This document shows, piece by piece, positions 1 through 8,927 of a stretch of DNA of 64,000 nucleotides. The stretch comes from an uncultured Acidobacteriota bacterium (GTDB lineage: Bacteria > Actinomycetota > Acidimicrobiia > Spongiisociales > ZC4RG35), in NCBI GenBank assembly GCA_963711895.1, contig CAVQFU010000005.1, positions 26,034 to 90,033 of the forward strand, in the 5' to 3' direction. Position 1 is the first letter of the stretch. Every line of letters starts with the position of its first letter. The notes beneath the pieces were generated by a model. The model searched no databases and was not told where the DNA came from. It saw only the letters and a list, made by a program, of their open reading frames with translations. Made by a program: the position numbers and the translations under genes.

Positions 1-1409
1 TACGGGGTGGCGGGATCCGCGGTGGCGCCCAAAACCACGGTGGGTGTGCCCGGGGCGACCAGGGGCTCGGGGCGCGTCGAATCCTCGTTGGCATCGGGCC
101 AGAAGGCACAGGGGAGATCCCCGAAGAACAGGATGCCCAGCCGGCCCGGGTTGAGAGCGGCGCCGGCCGTGAAAAAGGCCTGCGCCTTTTCCTCCGGCGT
201 CGACCCGGGGTAGTGGTAATCGAGGCATTCGACCGCGTAATAGATGGCATCCGAGTAGGTCGGGTCTTCGAGCACGGCCTCAGTCTCTGCGTCGATACCC
301 AGATTGAGATAGAGGAGCCGGAGCAGGGGTACCAGGTCACTCCGTCCGCTGTGGGCGGCCAGGGCGCGCAGGAACATCATTCGGTCGTCCTCGGAGTACA
401 TCTGCCCGCTGGCCACGACCTCCAGGTCTCCGAGGCCGAAGGAGCGCTCCTCGAATCCACCGCTGGGCAAGGGGTATTGCGCCGTGAGCGGCCCTTCGGC
501 CAGCAGTGCGAGAAGCTGGTCGTAGGCCTGGTCGGGGGTGACGCCGAGGTCCGTTGCGCAGAACTCGTCCCCGGCGCAATAGTCCAGCGTCGACTGGAGT
601 GTGTCCCCGAAGGCCGTTGCCTGCTCCTCAAAGAAGTCGAGTCCCTCCAGGGTGAGGTCGACCGTACCGTCGAGGATCAATCGTGCGACACGGTCTCCGT
701 GGGCGGCGGCATAGGTCTGGGATAGCTGGGTGCCGTAGCTCTCTCCGTACAGGACGATCTGCTCGTAGCCGAACGTGTCCCGAAACACCTCGAGGTCCTG
801 AGCAGCTTGATCTGTCCCCAGATAGGGGAGCATCTCCGGATCGCCCATCTCTCCAACACAGTCGTCTGCGAAGGCGGAGGCGGCCGATGTGAGTGCTTCC
901 TGATCGAAGCCGAGAGCCGTCGTGGCCTCGACCCGGTAGTAAGCCGCAGCTGCCTGCGGGCAGGAGAGTCCACCAGACATGGCCACTCCCCGCTGATCGA
1001 AGAAGACGATGTCATACGACTCGGGGATAGCCGTGTCGAGGGCGGCGGTGTAGGAATCGGCGACGGCGATCCCGGAGCTGCCCGGGCCGCCGGTGGCGGT
1101 TACGAACGCTCCGAGTCTCTCCCCAGTGGCGGGCATCACGGCAAAAGTCACGGGAATGGTGCGCTCGTCGGCGGCATCGAAGTGATTCATCGGCATGTCG
1201 AGCGTCACACAGGTGAACTCGGAGTCTGGACAGAGGCTGGCGTCGAGGTCCTCCAACAGTTGATCGGTGTCTGGCCGCTCTGTCGTGGTGGTCGAGGATG
1301 GAGCCGCGGTCGTCGAGGAGGCGCCGGTTGTCGTTGTGGTGTCCGGCCCCGCTTCGGAGATGCACGCTGCCAGCAGCAACAACACCCCGACGTGACACCA
1401 CCGCCGCAT
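1..1409 (-). CDS. secreted alpha/beta hydrolase lipoprotein (peptidase S33 / tripeptidyl-aminopeptidase-like); C-terminus runs off the window
   Basis: Absent from the ORF track because no stop lies in the window. My minus-strand translation from ATG at 1409 gives MRRWCHVGVLLLLAACISE (lipobox), then TGGPGSSG, FFDQRG and the nucleophile elbow LYGESYGTQL, open down to position 1. Confidence 0.7.
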   Translation of the reverse strand, partial: MRRWCHVGVLLLLAACISEAGPDTTTTTGASSTTAAPSSTTTTERPDTDQLLEDLDASLCPDSEFTCVTLDMPMNHFDAADERTIPVTFAVMPATGERLGAFVTATGGPGSSGIAVADSYTAALDTAIPESYDIVFFDQRGVAMSGGLSCPQAAAAYYRVEATTALGFDQEALTSAASAFADDCVGEMGDPEMLPYLGTDQAAQDLEVFRDTFGYEQIVLYGESYGTQLSQTYAAAHGDRVARLILDGTVDLTLEGLDFFEEQATAFGDTLQSTLDYCAGDEFCATDLGVTPDQAYDQLLALLAEGPLTAQYPLPSGGFEERSFGLGDLEVVASGQMYSEDDRMMFLRALAAHSGRSDLVPLLRLLYLNLGIDAETEAVLEDPTYSDAIYYAVECLDYHYPGSTPEEKAQAFFTAGAALNPGRLGILFFGDLPCAFWPDANEDSTRPEPLVAPGTPTVVLGATADPATP

Positions 1410-1459
1410 CGGCGGCATCGTACGCCGCCTTTCTGTTGGGGTAGGGCATACTCCGGCGG

Positions 1460-2905
1460 TTGCCACAGCTCCTCGCCCGGTCGCTCGTCTTCATCACATC
1501 TGCCGCGGTCCTCATTCTCGAGATCCTGGCCGGACGGCTGCTTGCGCCCTACCTGGGGGTCAGCCTCGAGGTGTTCACCGGCATCATCGGTGTGATCCTC
1601 GCCGGGATCTCGGTGGGAGCGTGGGCCGGTGGGCGGGCAGCCGATCGCGGCGACCCGCGTCGCCTCATCGGCCCTCTCCTTGTTGCCGGCGGGTTGACCG
1701 CGGTGGCGTCTCCTCTGCTCGTCGACCTCGTTGGCCCGGCCGCTTCGACCGGACCGCTCTCGATCGTCGGCCTCAGCCTCATCGGGTTCTTCGCCCCTGC
1801 CGCGATCCTGTCGGCGATCCCGCCGATCGTCGTCAAGATCAGGCTCGCCTCGTTACAGGAGACCGGTTCCGTGGTCGGCACGTACTCCGCCATCGGGACC
1901 GCGGGAGCCCTATTCGGCACCTTCGTCACCGGATTCGTCCTGATCGCCGCCTTCCCCACGCGGCCGATCGTGATCGTTGTGGGGGTGGTGCTGGTCGCGC
2001 TCGGGGTGGCCGTGTGGGTCGGTCGGGGCGCCTGGACCGTCAGCGCCCCAGTCGCTGCGCTGATCCTCCTGAGCGCCTTGACGGTGGTGTTCGACGGCCC
2101 GTGCCAGTACGAAACGTCTTATCACTGCGCCGAAGTGGTCGCGGACACCGAGCGCCCATCGGGGAGACTGCTGATCCTTGACCGTGGCCACAACAGCTAC
2201 GTCGATCTCGACGACCCGACCCATCTCGAGTTTCGCTACATCCGCGTGATGGCCGACCTGATCGATGTCGAGATGCCCTCGGGCCCTCTCGACGTCGTCT
2301 CCATCGGCGGTGGTGGGTTCACTTTGCCTGGATACCTGGCTGCCACACGACCGGGCACCGAACACCGAGTCCTCGAGATCGATGCCTCGCTGATCGATAT
2401 CGGCCGACGTCATCTCGGGTTCGAAGACGAGGCCGAGGTGATCGTCGACGACGCGCGCAGGTCGATCACGCAGGTGGCTCCGGGCTCGGTCGATGTCGTC
2501 GTCGGGGACGCGTTCACGGGGCTCACAGTGCCCTGGCATCTGACCACGCTGGAGTTCGTGGAGATGATCGGTGACACGCTGGCCCCGGGCGGCATCTACA
2601 CCGTGAACGTGATCGACCGACCCGAGGCGAAGTTCGCTCGGGCCGAGGCGGCGACGCTGATCGAGGTCTTCGACCATGTCGCTGTGTTCGCGCCGGAGGG
2701 CTACTTCACCGGTGCTCGAGGCGGCAACTACGTCATCGTCGGGTCTGATGCCCCCATCGACGTGGATGAAGTGCGTGCGGCTCTCTCCTCGAGAGGTGGA
2801 GTCGAGGTCGGGCTGACCGGTGACGAGCTGGCCCGGTTCATCGATGACGCCCGCCCGTTGACCGACGACTTCGCCCCGGTCGACCAGATGCTGAGCGGTC
2901 TTTGA
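1460..2905 (+). CDS. polytopic membrane protein fused to a spermidine-synthase-like (SpeE-fold) domain
   Basis: 481-aa ORF. The N-terminal ~200 aa are hydrophobic helices. The C-terminal half has VVSIGGGGFTLPGYL, RVLEIDASLIDIGRRHLG and VVVGDAF motifs. Confidence 0.7.
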   Translation: MPQLLARSLVFITSAAVLILEILAGRLLAPYLGVSLEVFTGIIGVILAGISVGAWAGGRAADRGDPRRLIGPLLVAGGLTAVASPLLVDLVGPAASTGPLSIVGLSLIGFFAPAAILSAIPPIVVKIRLASLQETGSVVGTYSAIGTAGALFGTFVTGFVLIAAFPTRPIVIVVGVVLVALGVAVWVGRGAWTVSAPVAALILLSALTVVFDGPCQYETSYHCAEVVADTERPSGRLLILDRGHNSYVDLDDPTHLEFRYIRVMADLIDVEMPSGPLDVVSIGGGGFTLPGYLAATRPGTEHRVLEIDASLIDIGRRHLGFEDEAEVIVDDARRSITQVAPGSVDVVVGDAFTGLTVPWHLTTLEFVEMIGDTLAPGGIYTVNVIDRPEAKFARAEAATLIEVFDHVAVFAPEGYFTGARGGNYVIVGSDAPIDVDEVRAALSSRGGVEVGLTGDELARFIDDARPLTDDFAPVDQMLSGL

Positions 2906-2928
2906 CGTTCGGTTTGTAGGGTGGTCGC

Positions 2929-3186
2929 ATGTTGCGGTTCAGACACGCTCGATCGGAGCAGACGGTCGATGGTGCCGATGGTGTCAGTCTCGTCTTTGCC
3001 GACAGTGGGTTTTACTGGACGACGTCGTTTGGCGGCGGAGGCTTCACATATCACCGGCCCGTCCTCCTCAGGCTCCCTGGCAGTGGTGCGGTGATCCCGA
3101 TCCGGGATCACGTGATGGAGGTCAGGCTGGCTGTGGCCCTAATGCTCGTGTTGGCTGGAATCTGGAGGTGGCTCGATGGCAAATGA
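2929..3186 (+). CDS. small hypothetical protein with C-terminal hydrophobic helix
   Basis: 85-aa ORF whose end overlaps the start of the downstream GerW-like gene (3176). No recognisable motif. Confidence 0.4.
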   Translation: MLRFRHARSEQTVDGADGVSLVFADSGFYWTTSFGGGGFTYHRPVLLRLPGSGAVIPIRDHVMEVRLAVALMLVLAGIWRWLDGK

Positions 3187-3553
3187 CGATCAGAGGACTT
3201 CGGAGACGATCGCCTCGCAAATCGGGGACGCCTTGACCGGTCTCTTCGGCGAGGCCTCCCCGAGCGCACTGTTCTCTGAGCCGATTCAGAACGGAGACGA
3301 CCTCGTTGTCACCGCCGTTGCCTGGGAGCGGGCCGGCGGCTTCGGGTTTGGCGCCGGCCAGGGCCAGAGCGGCGACGACGAGATTGGTAGTGGAGAGGGT
3401 GGCGGTGGCGGAGGCTTCTCGCAAGGGCGTCCGGTGGCGGTGATCAGGGTCACACCCACTGCGGTGGAGGTGACGCCGGTGATCGATTTCACCAAGATCG
3501 GCGTCACGCTGCTTCTGGCCTCGATCGGGGTCTGGCGCGCCCTCAGTCGCTGA
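3176..3553 (+). CDS. GerW/YtfJ-family (sporulation/germination-protein-like) protein
   Basis: 125 aa with a Gly-rich centre (GGFGFGAGQG, GGGGGGF) flanked by beta-strand segments (DLVVTAVAWER, RPVAVIRVTP), as in the YtfJ/GerW family. Confidence 0.6.
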   Translation: MANDDQRTSETIASQIGDALTGLFGEASPSALFSEPIQNGDDLVVTAVAWERAGGFGFGAGQGQSGDDEIGSGEGGGGGGFSQGRPVAVIRVTPTAVEVTPVIDFTKIGVTLLLASIGVWRALSR

Positions 3554-3564
3554 GGCCAAGAGAT

Positions 3565-3612
3565 GTTTCTCCCCCTGAAGGGGGGAGTACCGGCGGAGCC
3601 GGGGAGGGGGGA
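3565..3612 (+). repeat. copy A of a ~48-nt structured intergenic repeat (GTTTCTCCCCC-loop-GGGGGGAGTACCGGCGGAGCCGGGGAGGGGGGA)
   Basis: Starts 12 nt after the stop at 3551-3553. Near-identical copies lie at 43320-43367 and, inverted, at 49601-49649. Confidence 0.75.
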
Positions 3613-3676
3613 ATCTTTCTCACATTTCTTCTCTGATCGGCCGGTTTCTGACCCGAATTTGTCACTGCCATTTCGT

Positions 3677-4834
3677 ATGTTGGGAACATGGAACCGGAGA
3701 GGTTTTCCAACGATCAGGTGGATGAGGTTCTTGTCTCATCTGTTCTCTGGTCTGGCCGTTTTCAATGCCGAGATTTGTGAATGGTTGATCGATGCTGATC
3801 GGGGTCAGCGGTTCCTGGCCGATGGGGCACGGAATCTTCCGGAGTGGGTTTCAGCCCGTTTCGGGCTGCGACATTCGACGGCTGCTCAGTTGGTCCGAGT
3901 GGCGAGGAGACTCGAGGATCTACCGGTGTTGCGCTCCCGGTTCGCGGCCGGTGAGTTGAGTCTGGATCAGGTCGATTCGATTTCGAAGTTGGCCACTGCG
4001 GAGACGGAGGAGGCAGTGATCGACGAATGTCTCGGCCTGTCCAATGCAGCTCTGGACCGTGCCGCCAGGAGAGCGAACCCGCCGTCCACCGGTGATGAGT
4101 TGGAGGCGTGGAAGGTGAGATGGTTGTCGATCCAATACACCCTGGACGGGATCCGGGGTCACATGAATGCTGAGTTGCCCGGGATGGAAATGTCACTGGT
4201 GGAATCGGCGATCCGGGAGAGAGCGGATCGGATCCCACCCAACCCCGAATCAGGCATCTTCGACCCGTATCCACAACGGATGGCCGACGGGCTGGTCGAA
4301 CTGGCAACGACCACCGGTGATGAGAACGGTCCGGTACCAACCCAGATCACGGTCCACGCCGACCTGGAAGCCTTGACCGAGAATCCGGAGACGACGGGGG
4401 TGGCTGAAATCGAGGGTGGTCCCGTCATCGCCAATGAGACCGCCCGCCGCTTGTCCTGTGATCCGATCGTCGAATGCACGGTCTATGACCACAGGAAAGT
4501 GTTGGGGATCGGTCGTCGTTCCCGGTTGATCCCGGCCTGGTTACGTCACCAGCTCTGGTTCCGGGATGGAGGTTGTCAGTTTCCCGGATGTCCTTTCCAG
4601 GGTTGGCTCCATGCCCATCACATGACGCATTGGGCCGACGGAGGACCGACCGACCTGGACAATCTGATCCTGTTGTGTGGTTACCACCACCGGTTCCTAC
4701 ATGAACACGGATGGACGATCGAAAACGATTCCGACGGAAAACCCGTCTTCAAGAAACCCGACGGACGCATCTACCCGCCGGCCCGACCCGGTCTCGACCC
4801 CCGACTCCGAGAACTGGTCGGACAACGAACTTAG
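3677..4834 (+). CDS. DUF222 / HNH endonuclease family protein (13E12-repeat-like)
   Basis: C-terminal CQFPGCPFQGWLHAHHMTHWADGGPTDLDNLILLCGYHHRFLHEHGW HNH motif and a DUF222-like helical N-region. The track start 3563 lies inside the repeat element, so the true start is later (ATG 3677 or 3722). An ATG at 3688 in another frame would need a +1 shift. Confidence 0.8.
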   Translation: MLGTWNRRGFPTIRWMRFLSHLFSGLAVFNAEICEWLIDADRGQRFLADGARNLPEWVSARFGLRHSTAAQLVRVARRLEDLPVLRSRFAAGELSLDQVDSISKLATAETEEAVIDECLGLSNAALDRAARRANPPSTGDELEAWKVRWLSIQYTLDGIRGHMNAELPGMEMSLVESAIRERADRIPPNPESGIFDPYPQRMADGLVELATTTGDENGPVPTQITVHADLEALTENPETTGVAEIEGGPVIANETARRLSCDPIVECTVYDHRKVLGIGRRSRLIPAWLRHQLWFRDGGCQFPGCPFQGWLHAHHMTHWADGGPTDLDNLILLCGYHHRFLHEHGWTIENDSDGKPVFKKPDGRIYPPARPGLDPRLRELVGQRT

Positions 4835-4853
4835 GGGCCATCCGCCCCCGCTC

Positions 4854-5312
4854 CTAGGACTCCGCCCCCGGCTTCACCACAAGCACATCACACGTCGCGG
4901 TCTTGACCGCCACGTCCGCAGTCGAGCCGAGCAGCCATCGGCCCACCCTTCCCCGGCCCCTCGGACCGACCACTAGCACCGACCCGTCAGCCTCGTCGCA
5001 GTACGCGATGAGCGTCTTTCCCGGGTTGCCGTCCCGCTCGACGCGGACCACCTCCGCTTTGCTGCCTTCGAGGATGGGCTCGGCCAGCTCCCAGATCCGG
5101 GCCCTGTCGCTCTCTGCAAGCTCGCGTGTGTGGACCGTTCGATCTCCCTCGAGATGGAGGACCGCCGGGCTGACATCGAGCACGTGCACGACATGCAGCG
5201 GGACATTCCGCCATTCGGCTTCCCGGGCCGCATGTCGAAGGGCGGCGAAGCCCGGTTCGGACCCGTCGATTCCGACCACCACCGGTCCGGTTGCACCGGA
5301 CGCCGCTGTCAT
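4854..5312 (-). CDS. universal stress protein (UspA family)
   Basis: VVVGIDGSEPG...LHVVHV...LVVGPRGRGRVGRWLLGSTADVAVKTATCDVLVVK, the typical Usp ATP-binding pattern. Confidence 0.85.
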   Translation of the reverse strand: MTAASGATGPVVVGIDGSEPGFAALRHAAREAEWRNVPLHVVHVLDVSPAVLHLEGDRTVHTRELAESDRARIWELAEPILEGSKAEVVRVERDGNPGKTLIAYCDEADGSVLVVGPRGRGRVGRWLLGSTADVAVKTATCDVLVVKPGAES

Positions 5313-5335
5313 GGCCGCATCCTAGGATCCCGGAA

Positions 5336-6229
5336 ATGACGGCAATCGAGGTCAGGGGCCTGAAGAAATCCTATGGCGACGTGGTTGCCGTCGACGGAGT
5401 CGACATCTCGGTCGAGGCCGGCGAGGTGTTTGCGCTGCTCGGCCCCAATGGGGCGGGGAAGACCACCACCGTAGAGATCCTCGAGGGGCATCGCTCGGCC
5501 GATGTCGGACGCATCAGCGTCCTCGGCTTCGACCCCTCCACAGGGGGCCGCGCCTACAGGGAGCGAATCGGGATCGTGCTCCAGGAAGGCGCGGTCGAAC
5601 GGGATCTCTCCGTGCGGGAGGCGTTGTCCATATACGGCGGCATGTATCCCAGGCGGCTCGACGCCGATCATTTGATCGACTTGGTAGGTCTTACCGAGAA
5701 GGCCGACGCCAGGATCAAGACCCTTTCGGGTGGCCAGCAACGCAGACTCGAACTGGCGCTTGGGCTGGTCGGCGATCCTGACCTTCTGTTCCTGGACGAG
5801 CCCACCACCGGATTCGACCCCTCGGCCCGCAGACAGGCCTGGGGGATCCTCGAGAACCTGACTGCCCTGGGCAAGACCATCCTGCTCACAACCCACTACA
5901 TGGATGAGGCTCAGCATCTGGCCGACCGGATCGCCATCATCGACCGCGGCAAGATCGTGGCGGAGGGCACACCGGAGACGCTCGGAGGGCGTGCGGATGG
6001 GAAGAGCATGATCCGATTCGCGCTTCCTGAAGGGGTCGACCCCGAGGAACTGCCCGTCGCCGCGAGCACGGTGGACGGCGATGTGGTCGAGGTCAGCGCC
6101 GAGTCCGCCACCCGGGCTCTCCACGAGCTCACGTCCTGGGCGATCAGTAGAGGCTTGGAGTTGGAACATCTCCAGGTCACCCGGCCGTCGCTGGAGGACG
6201 TCTATCTGGAGTTGACCGATGAGCACTGA
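5336..6229 (+). CDS. ABC transporter ATP-binding protein (ABC-2/DrrA-like exporter type)
   Basis: Walker A GPNGAGKTT, signature LSGGQQRRL and Walker B LLFLDEPTTGFD. Start taken at MTAIEVRGLKKSYG. Confidence 0.9.
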   Translation: MTAIEVRGLKKSYGDVVAVDGVDISVEAGEVFALLGPNGAGKTTTVEILEGHRSADVGRISVLGFDPSTGGRAYRERIGIVLQEGAVERDLSVREALSIYGGMYPRRLDADHLIDLVGLTEKADARIKTLSGGQQRRLELALGLVGDPDLLFLDEPTTGFDPSARRQAWGILENLTALGKTILLTTHYMDEAQHLADRIAIIDRGKIVAEGTPETLGGRADGKSMIRFALPEGVDPEELPVAASTVDGDVVEVSAESATRALHELTSWAISRGLELEHLQVTRPSLEDVYLELTDEH

Positions 6230-7064
6230 AGTCTCACGAAGGCCCTCCGTCGCTTCTTTGGTCTGGCAGCAGTTTCGTTATCAGAACAAGGTGTTCTGGC
6301 GGACGCCAATTGCAGCCTTCTTCACCATCGTGTTCCCGTTGATGCTGCTCGTGCTGTTCACGGCGATCTTCGGCAACGATGAGATCGAGGGTCTCGGGAT
6401 CACCACCGCCCAGTACTTCACCCCGGGGCTCGCCGTATTCGCCGCTGTCTCGGCGACGTACACAAATCTCGCCATAGGTACTGCCATCGCCAGGGACAAC
6501 GGGATACTCAAGCGTGTCAGGGGCACGCCGATCCCGCCGTGGGCATACATCGCCGGGCGGGTGGCCTCGTCGGTCTACCTCGCCTTCCTCGCCATGGCAT
6601 TGATGATGGCCGCCGGGGTGGTCTTCTACGGAGTTCAGATCATCGCCCGCACCCTGCCGGCCGCCCTGCTCACGTTCGTCGTAGGTGTGAGCTGTTTCGC
6701 TGCCCTCGGGATGTTGGTGGCGGCGATATCGCCCAGTGGTGATGCCACCCCTGCCATCACCAATGCCACTCTCCTCCCCGTCGCCTTCATCTCGAACATC
6801 TTCTTCCCGATCGAGAACCCGCCGCGATGGATGGAGATCGCCGGCAACTTCTTCCCCCTCAAGGCTTTCGCCGAGGCCTTCCGTGATGCCTTCGACCCGA
6901 CCCTGACCGGGCTTCAGTTCCACTGGCCCCAAATCGGCTATCTCGCCCTTTGGGGCGTGGTAGCCGCCCTCCTCGCTGTCAGATTCTTCCGGTGGGAGCC
7001 ATCGTCGGGGTCGACGTCGCGACGGCGGCGTCGACGGGTCGAGGAGGTTTCGGAGGCCGTCTGA
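6219..7064 (+). CDS. ABC-2 type transporter permease
   Basis: 281 aa with six hydrophobic segments. Overlaps the ATPase gene end by 11 nt. Confidence 0.8.
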   Translation: MSTEVSRRPSVASLVWQQFRYQNKVFWRTPIAAFFTIVFPLMLLVLFTAIFGNDEIEGLGITTAQYFTPGLAVFAAVSATYTNLAIGTAIARDNGILKRVRGTPIPPWAYIAGRVASSVYLAFLAMALMMAAGVVFYGVQIIARTLPAALLTFVVGVSCFAALGMLVAAISPSGDATPAITNATLLPVAFISNIFFPIENPPRWMEIAGNFFPLKAFAEAFRDAFDPTLTGLQFHWPQIGYLALWGVVAALLAVRFFRWEPSSGSTSRRRRRRVEEVSEAV

Positions 7065-7081
7065 TCGGTAGTAGTCGCTCG

Positions 7082-7669
7082 GTGGTGACGTCGCTACGAT
7101 CCGCCGCCGTGCCCCTGCTCAGCGGTCCGTTCCTCGCCATCTCCGCATTGCTCGCCGTGGCCGGTGCAATGAAGGTCTACCGGCCGAAGTACACGGTGGG
7201 CGCCCTCACGGCCGCGGGTCTTCCCGCCAACACCACACTCGTGCGCCTGCTCGGTTTGGCCGAGATCGGAGTCGGCATAGGGGCGATCTGGACCGGAGCC
7301 TCACTTTGGGCGGTCGCCACCGGGCTCTTCTACCTCGGCTTCGCATTGTTTGTCATCTATGCGCTTCGCAGTGGCCTCCCGATCGCGAGCTGTGGGTGTT
7401 TTGGCAGTCCGGACACCCCGCCTAATGTCGGGCACGTGGTGCTCGACCTGACGGCGACCGCCGTGGCTTTAGCGGTCGCGATCGACCCCATCGGCAGTTG
7501 GGTGGGTCTGCCCGGGGTGGAACCATGGACCGGCGTGGCCTTTCTCCTATTCTCGGGGGCCACCGTCTACCTGCTCTACGCCATCGTCAACGTCCTCCCC
7601 CAGCGATCGAACCACGGTCGCGAGTCCACCGTCCGATTGTCGCCGACCAGGGACCCTGTGAGTGAGTAG
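7082..7669 (+). CDS. MauE/DoxX-family redox-associated membrane protein
   Basis: GTG at 7082, 18 nt after the permease stop. Four or five TM helices and the SCGCFGS motif characteristic of MauE-type proteins. Confidence 0.65.
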   Translation: MVTSLRSAAVPLLSGPFLAISALLAVAGAMKVYRPKYTVGALTAAGLPANTTLVRLLGLAEIGVGIGAIWTGASLWAVATGLFYLGFALFVIYALRSGLPIASCGCFGSPDTPPNVGHVVLDLTATAVALAVAIDPIGSWVGLPGVEPWTGVAFLLFSGATVYLLYAIVNVLPQRSNHGRESTVRLSPTRDPVSE

Positions 7670-7694
7670 GACTTTGGTCAGGCGGGCCACCGGG

Positions 7695-8927
7695 ATGGTG
7701 GACCGGCCAGTGAGTCGCCGCGGCTTTCTCCGTCGTCTCACCATGGGTGCAACGGCTCTGGCCGTCACGCCGCTCTTCTACATGAGTCGGCCGGTCACCG
7801 CCTACGCCGCCATCTGCTCATGCTCCGGCTCCAGCTGCGACTGCGGAAGCATGTGCTGCGACGGTTACACGGAGTTCTGCTGCAGCATCTACGGTGAGAA
7901 CACCTGCCCCTCAGGGACCATCGCGGCCGGTTGGTGGAAGGCAGACGGCTCCGGTATCTGCGACAACCAGCTCGGGCCACAGCCTCGCTACTACCTCGAC
8001 TGCAACGTTGCCACCTGCGGGTCTGGCGGCTTCACCTGTGGATGCGCCAACGGCGACTGCAACCTGCGCAAGGCGGCCTGCACCAACTTTCGTTACGGGC
8101 AGTGCCATCAGGAAATCGCCTGTGTGGGCCCGATCGTCTGCCGCGTGGTCACCTGCACCCCACCGTGGGTCTGGGACGGCTCATGCACCACGGCCTCTGC
8201 AACCGACAACAACACGCGATTTCACAATGCAGCCTGCCTCCAGCAGCCAGGTCTCGCGGCCCCTCTACCCCAGGGGGTCGCAGTCAGTGGCGACTGGACC
8301 GGGGCGGGTCGGGACATGCCGGGTGTGTTCGCCAATGGCCGGTGGCATCTGCGCCGGGCTGAGGGCGGTCCCGACATCGTGTTCGACTTTGGTGCCCCGG
8401 GGGACCGTCCGGTGGTGGGCGACTGGAACGGCGACGGAATCGACACACCCGGCCTGTTCCGGGCTGGGACGTTCTACCTGCGCAGTTCCAATACCACCGG
8501 TGTCGCCGACATCACCTTCTCCTACGGCAACCAGGGCGATTTCCCGCTTTCCGGTGACTGGACCGGGAAAGGATTCGACACGGTCGGCGTTCACCGAGGC
8601 GGCATGTGGTACCTGCGCAACTCCAACTCCACGGGGCCGGCCGACATCGCTTTCGAGTTCGGCGACCCGGGGGACAGGCCGATCATGGGAGATTGGAATG
8701 GCGACGGCATCGACACCCCGGGTCTCTACCGGCGGGACTCGTGGTACCTGCGCAACTCGAACAGCACCGGTGTGGCCAACGTCAGCTTCATATTCGGCGA
8801 CCCCGGTGACGATGCCGTGACCGGCGATTGGGACGGAACCGGGACCCAGACTCCCGGGATCGTTAGAAGCCGTCGCTTTTATCTGCGTAACTCGAATTCG
8901 TCGGGTGTTGCCGACCAGGTGGTGTGA
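7695..8927 (+). CDS. Tat-signal, Cys-rich (methylamine dehydrogenase light-chain-like) protein fused to five FG-GAP/VCBS-like repeats
   Basis: MVDRPVSRRGFLRRLTMGATALAV twin-arginine signal. By my count 22 Cys in ~150 aa, including CCSIYGENTCPSGTIAAGWWKADGSGIC...RYYLDC. Then 5 x ~45-aa GDWxGxGxDTPG...WYLRNSNSTGxAD..F.FGDPGD repeats. Confidence 0.6.
   Translation: MVDRPVSRRGFLRRLTMGATALAVTPLFYMSRPVTAYAAICSCSGSSCDCGSMCCDGYTEFCCSIYGENTCPSGTIAAGWWKADGSGICDNQLGPQPRYYLDCNVATCGSGGFTCGCANGDCNLRKAACTNFRYGQCHQEIACVGPIVCRVVTCTPPWVWDGSCTTASATDNNTRFHNAACLQQPGLAAPLPQGVAVSGDWTGAGRDMPGVFANGRWHLRRAEGGPDIVFDFGAPGDRPVVGDWNGDGIDTPGLFRAGTFYLRSSNTTGVADITFSYGNQGDFPLSGDWTGKGFDTVGVHRGGMWYLRNSNSTGPADIAFEFGDPGDRPIMGDWNGDGIDTPGLYRRDSWYLRNSNSTGVANVSFIFGDPGDDAVTGDWDGTGTQTPGIVRSRRFYLRNSNSSGVADQVV
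8283..8924 (+). repeat. in-frame tandem coding repeats, period 135 nt (first unit 129 nt), five units
   Basis: The GG(C/T/A)GA(C/T)TGG (G-D-W) anchor recurs at 8289, 8418, 8553, 8688 and 8823. Confidence 0.85.

Noticed and set aside
5309-6226. 305-aa minus-strand ORF
   Set aside because: It is antisense to the ABC ATPase gene, which has Walker A and B and signature motifs.
8283-8924. Regularly spaced 135-nt repeats considered as a CRISPR-like or VNTR array
   Set aside because: The repeats are in frame, contiguous with no spacers, and encode a conserved blade-like peptide. This is a protein repeat, not a CRISPR array.
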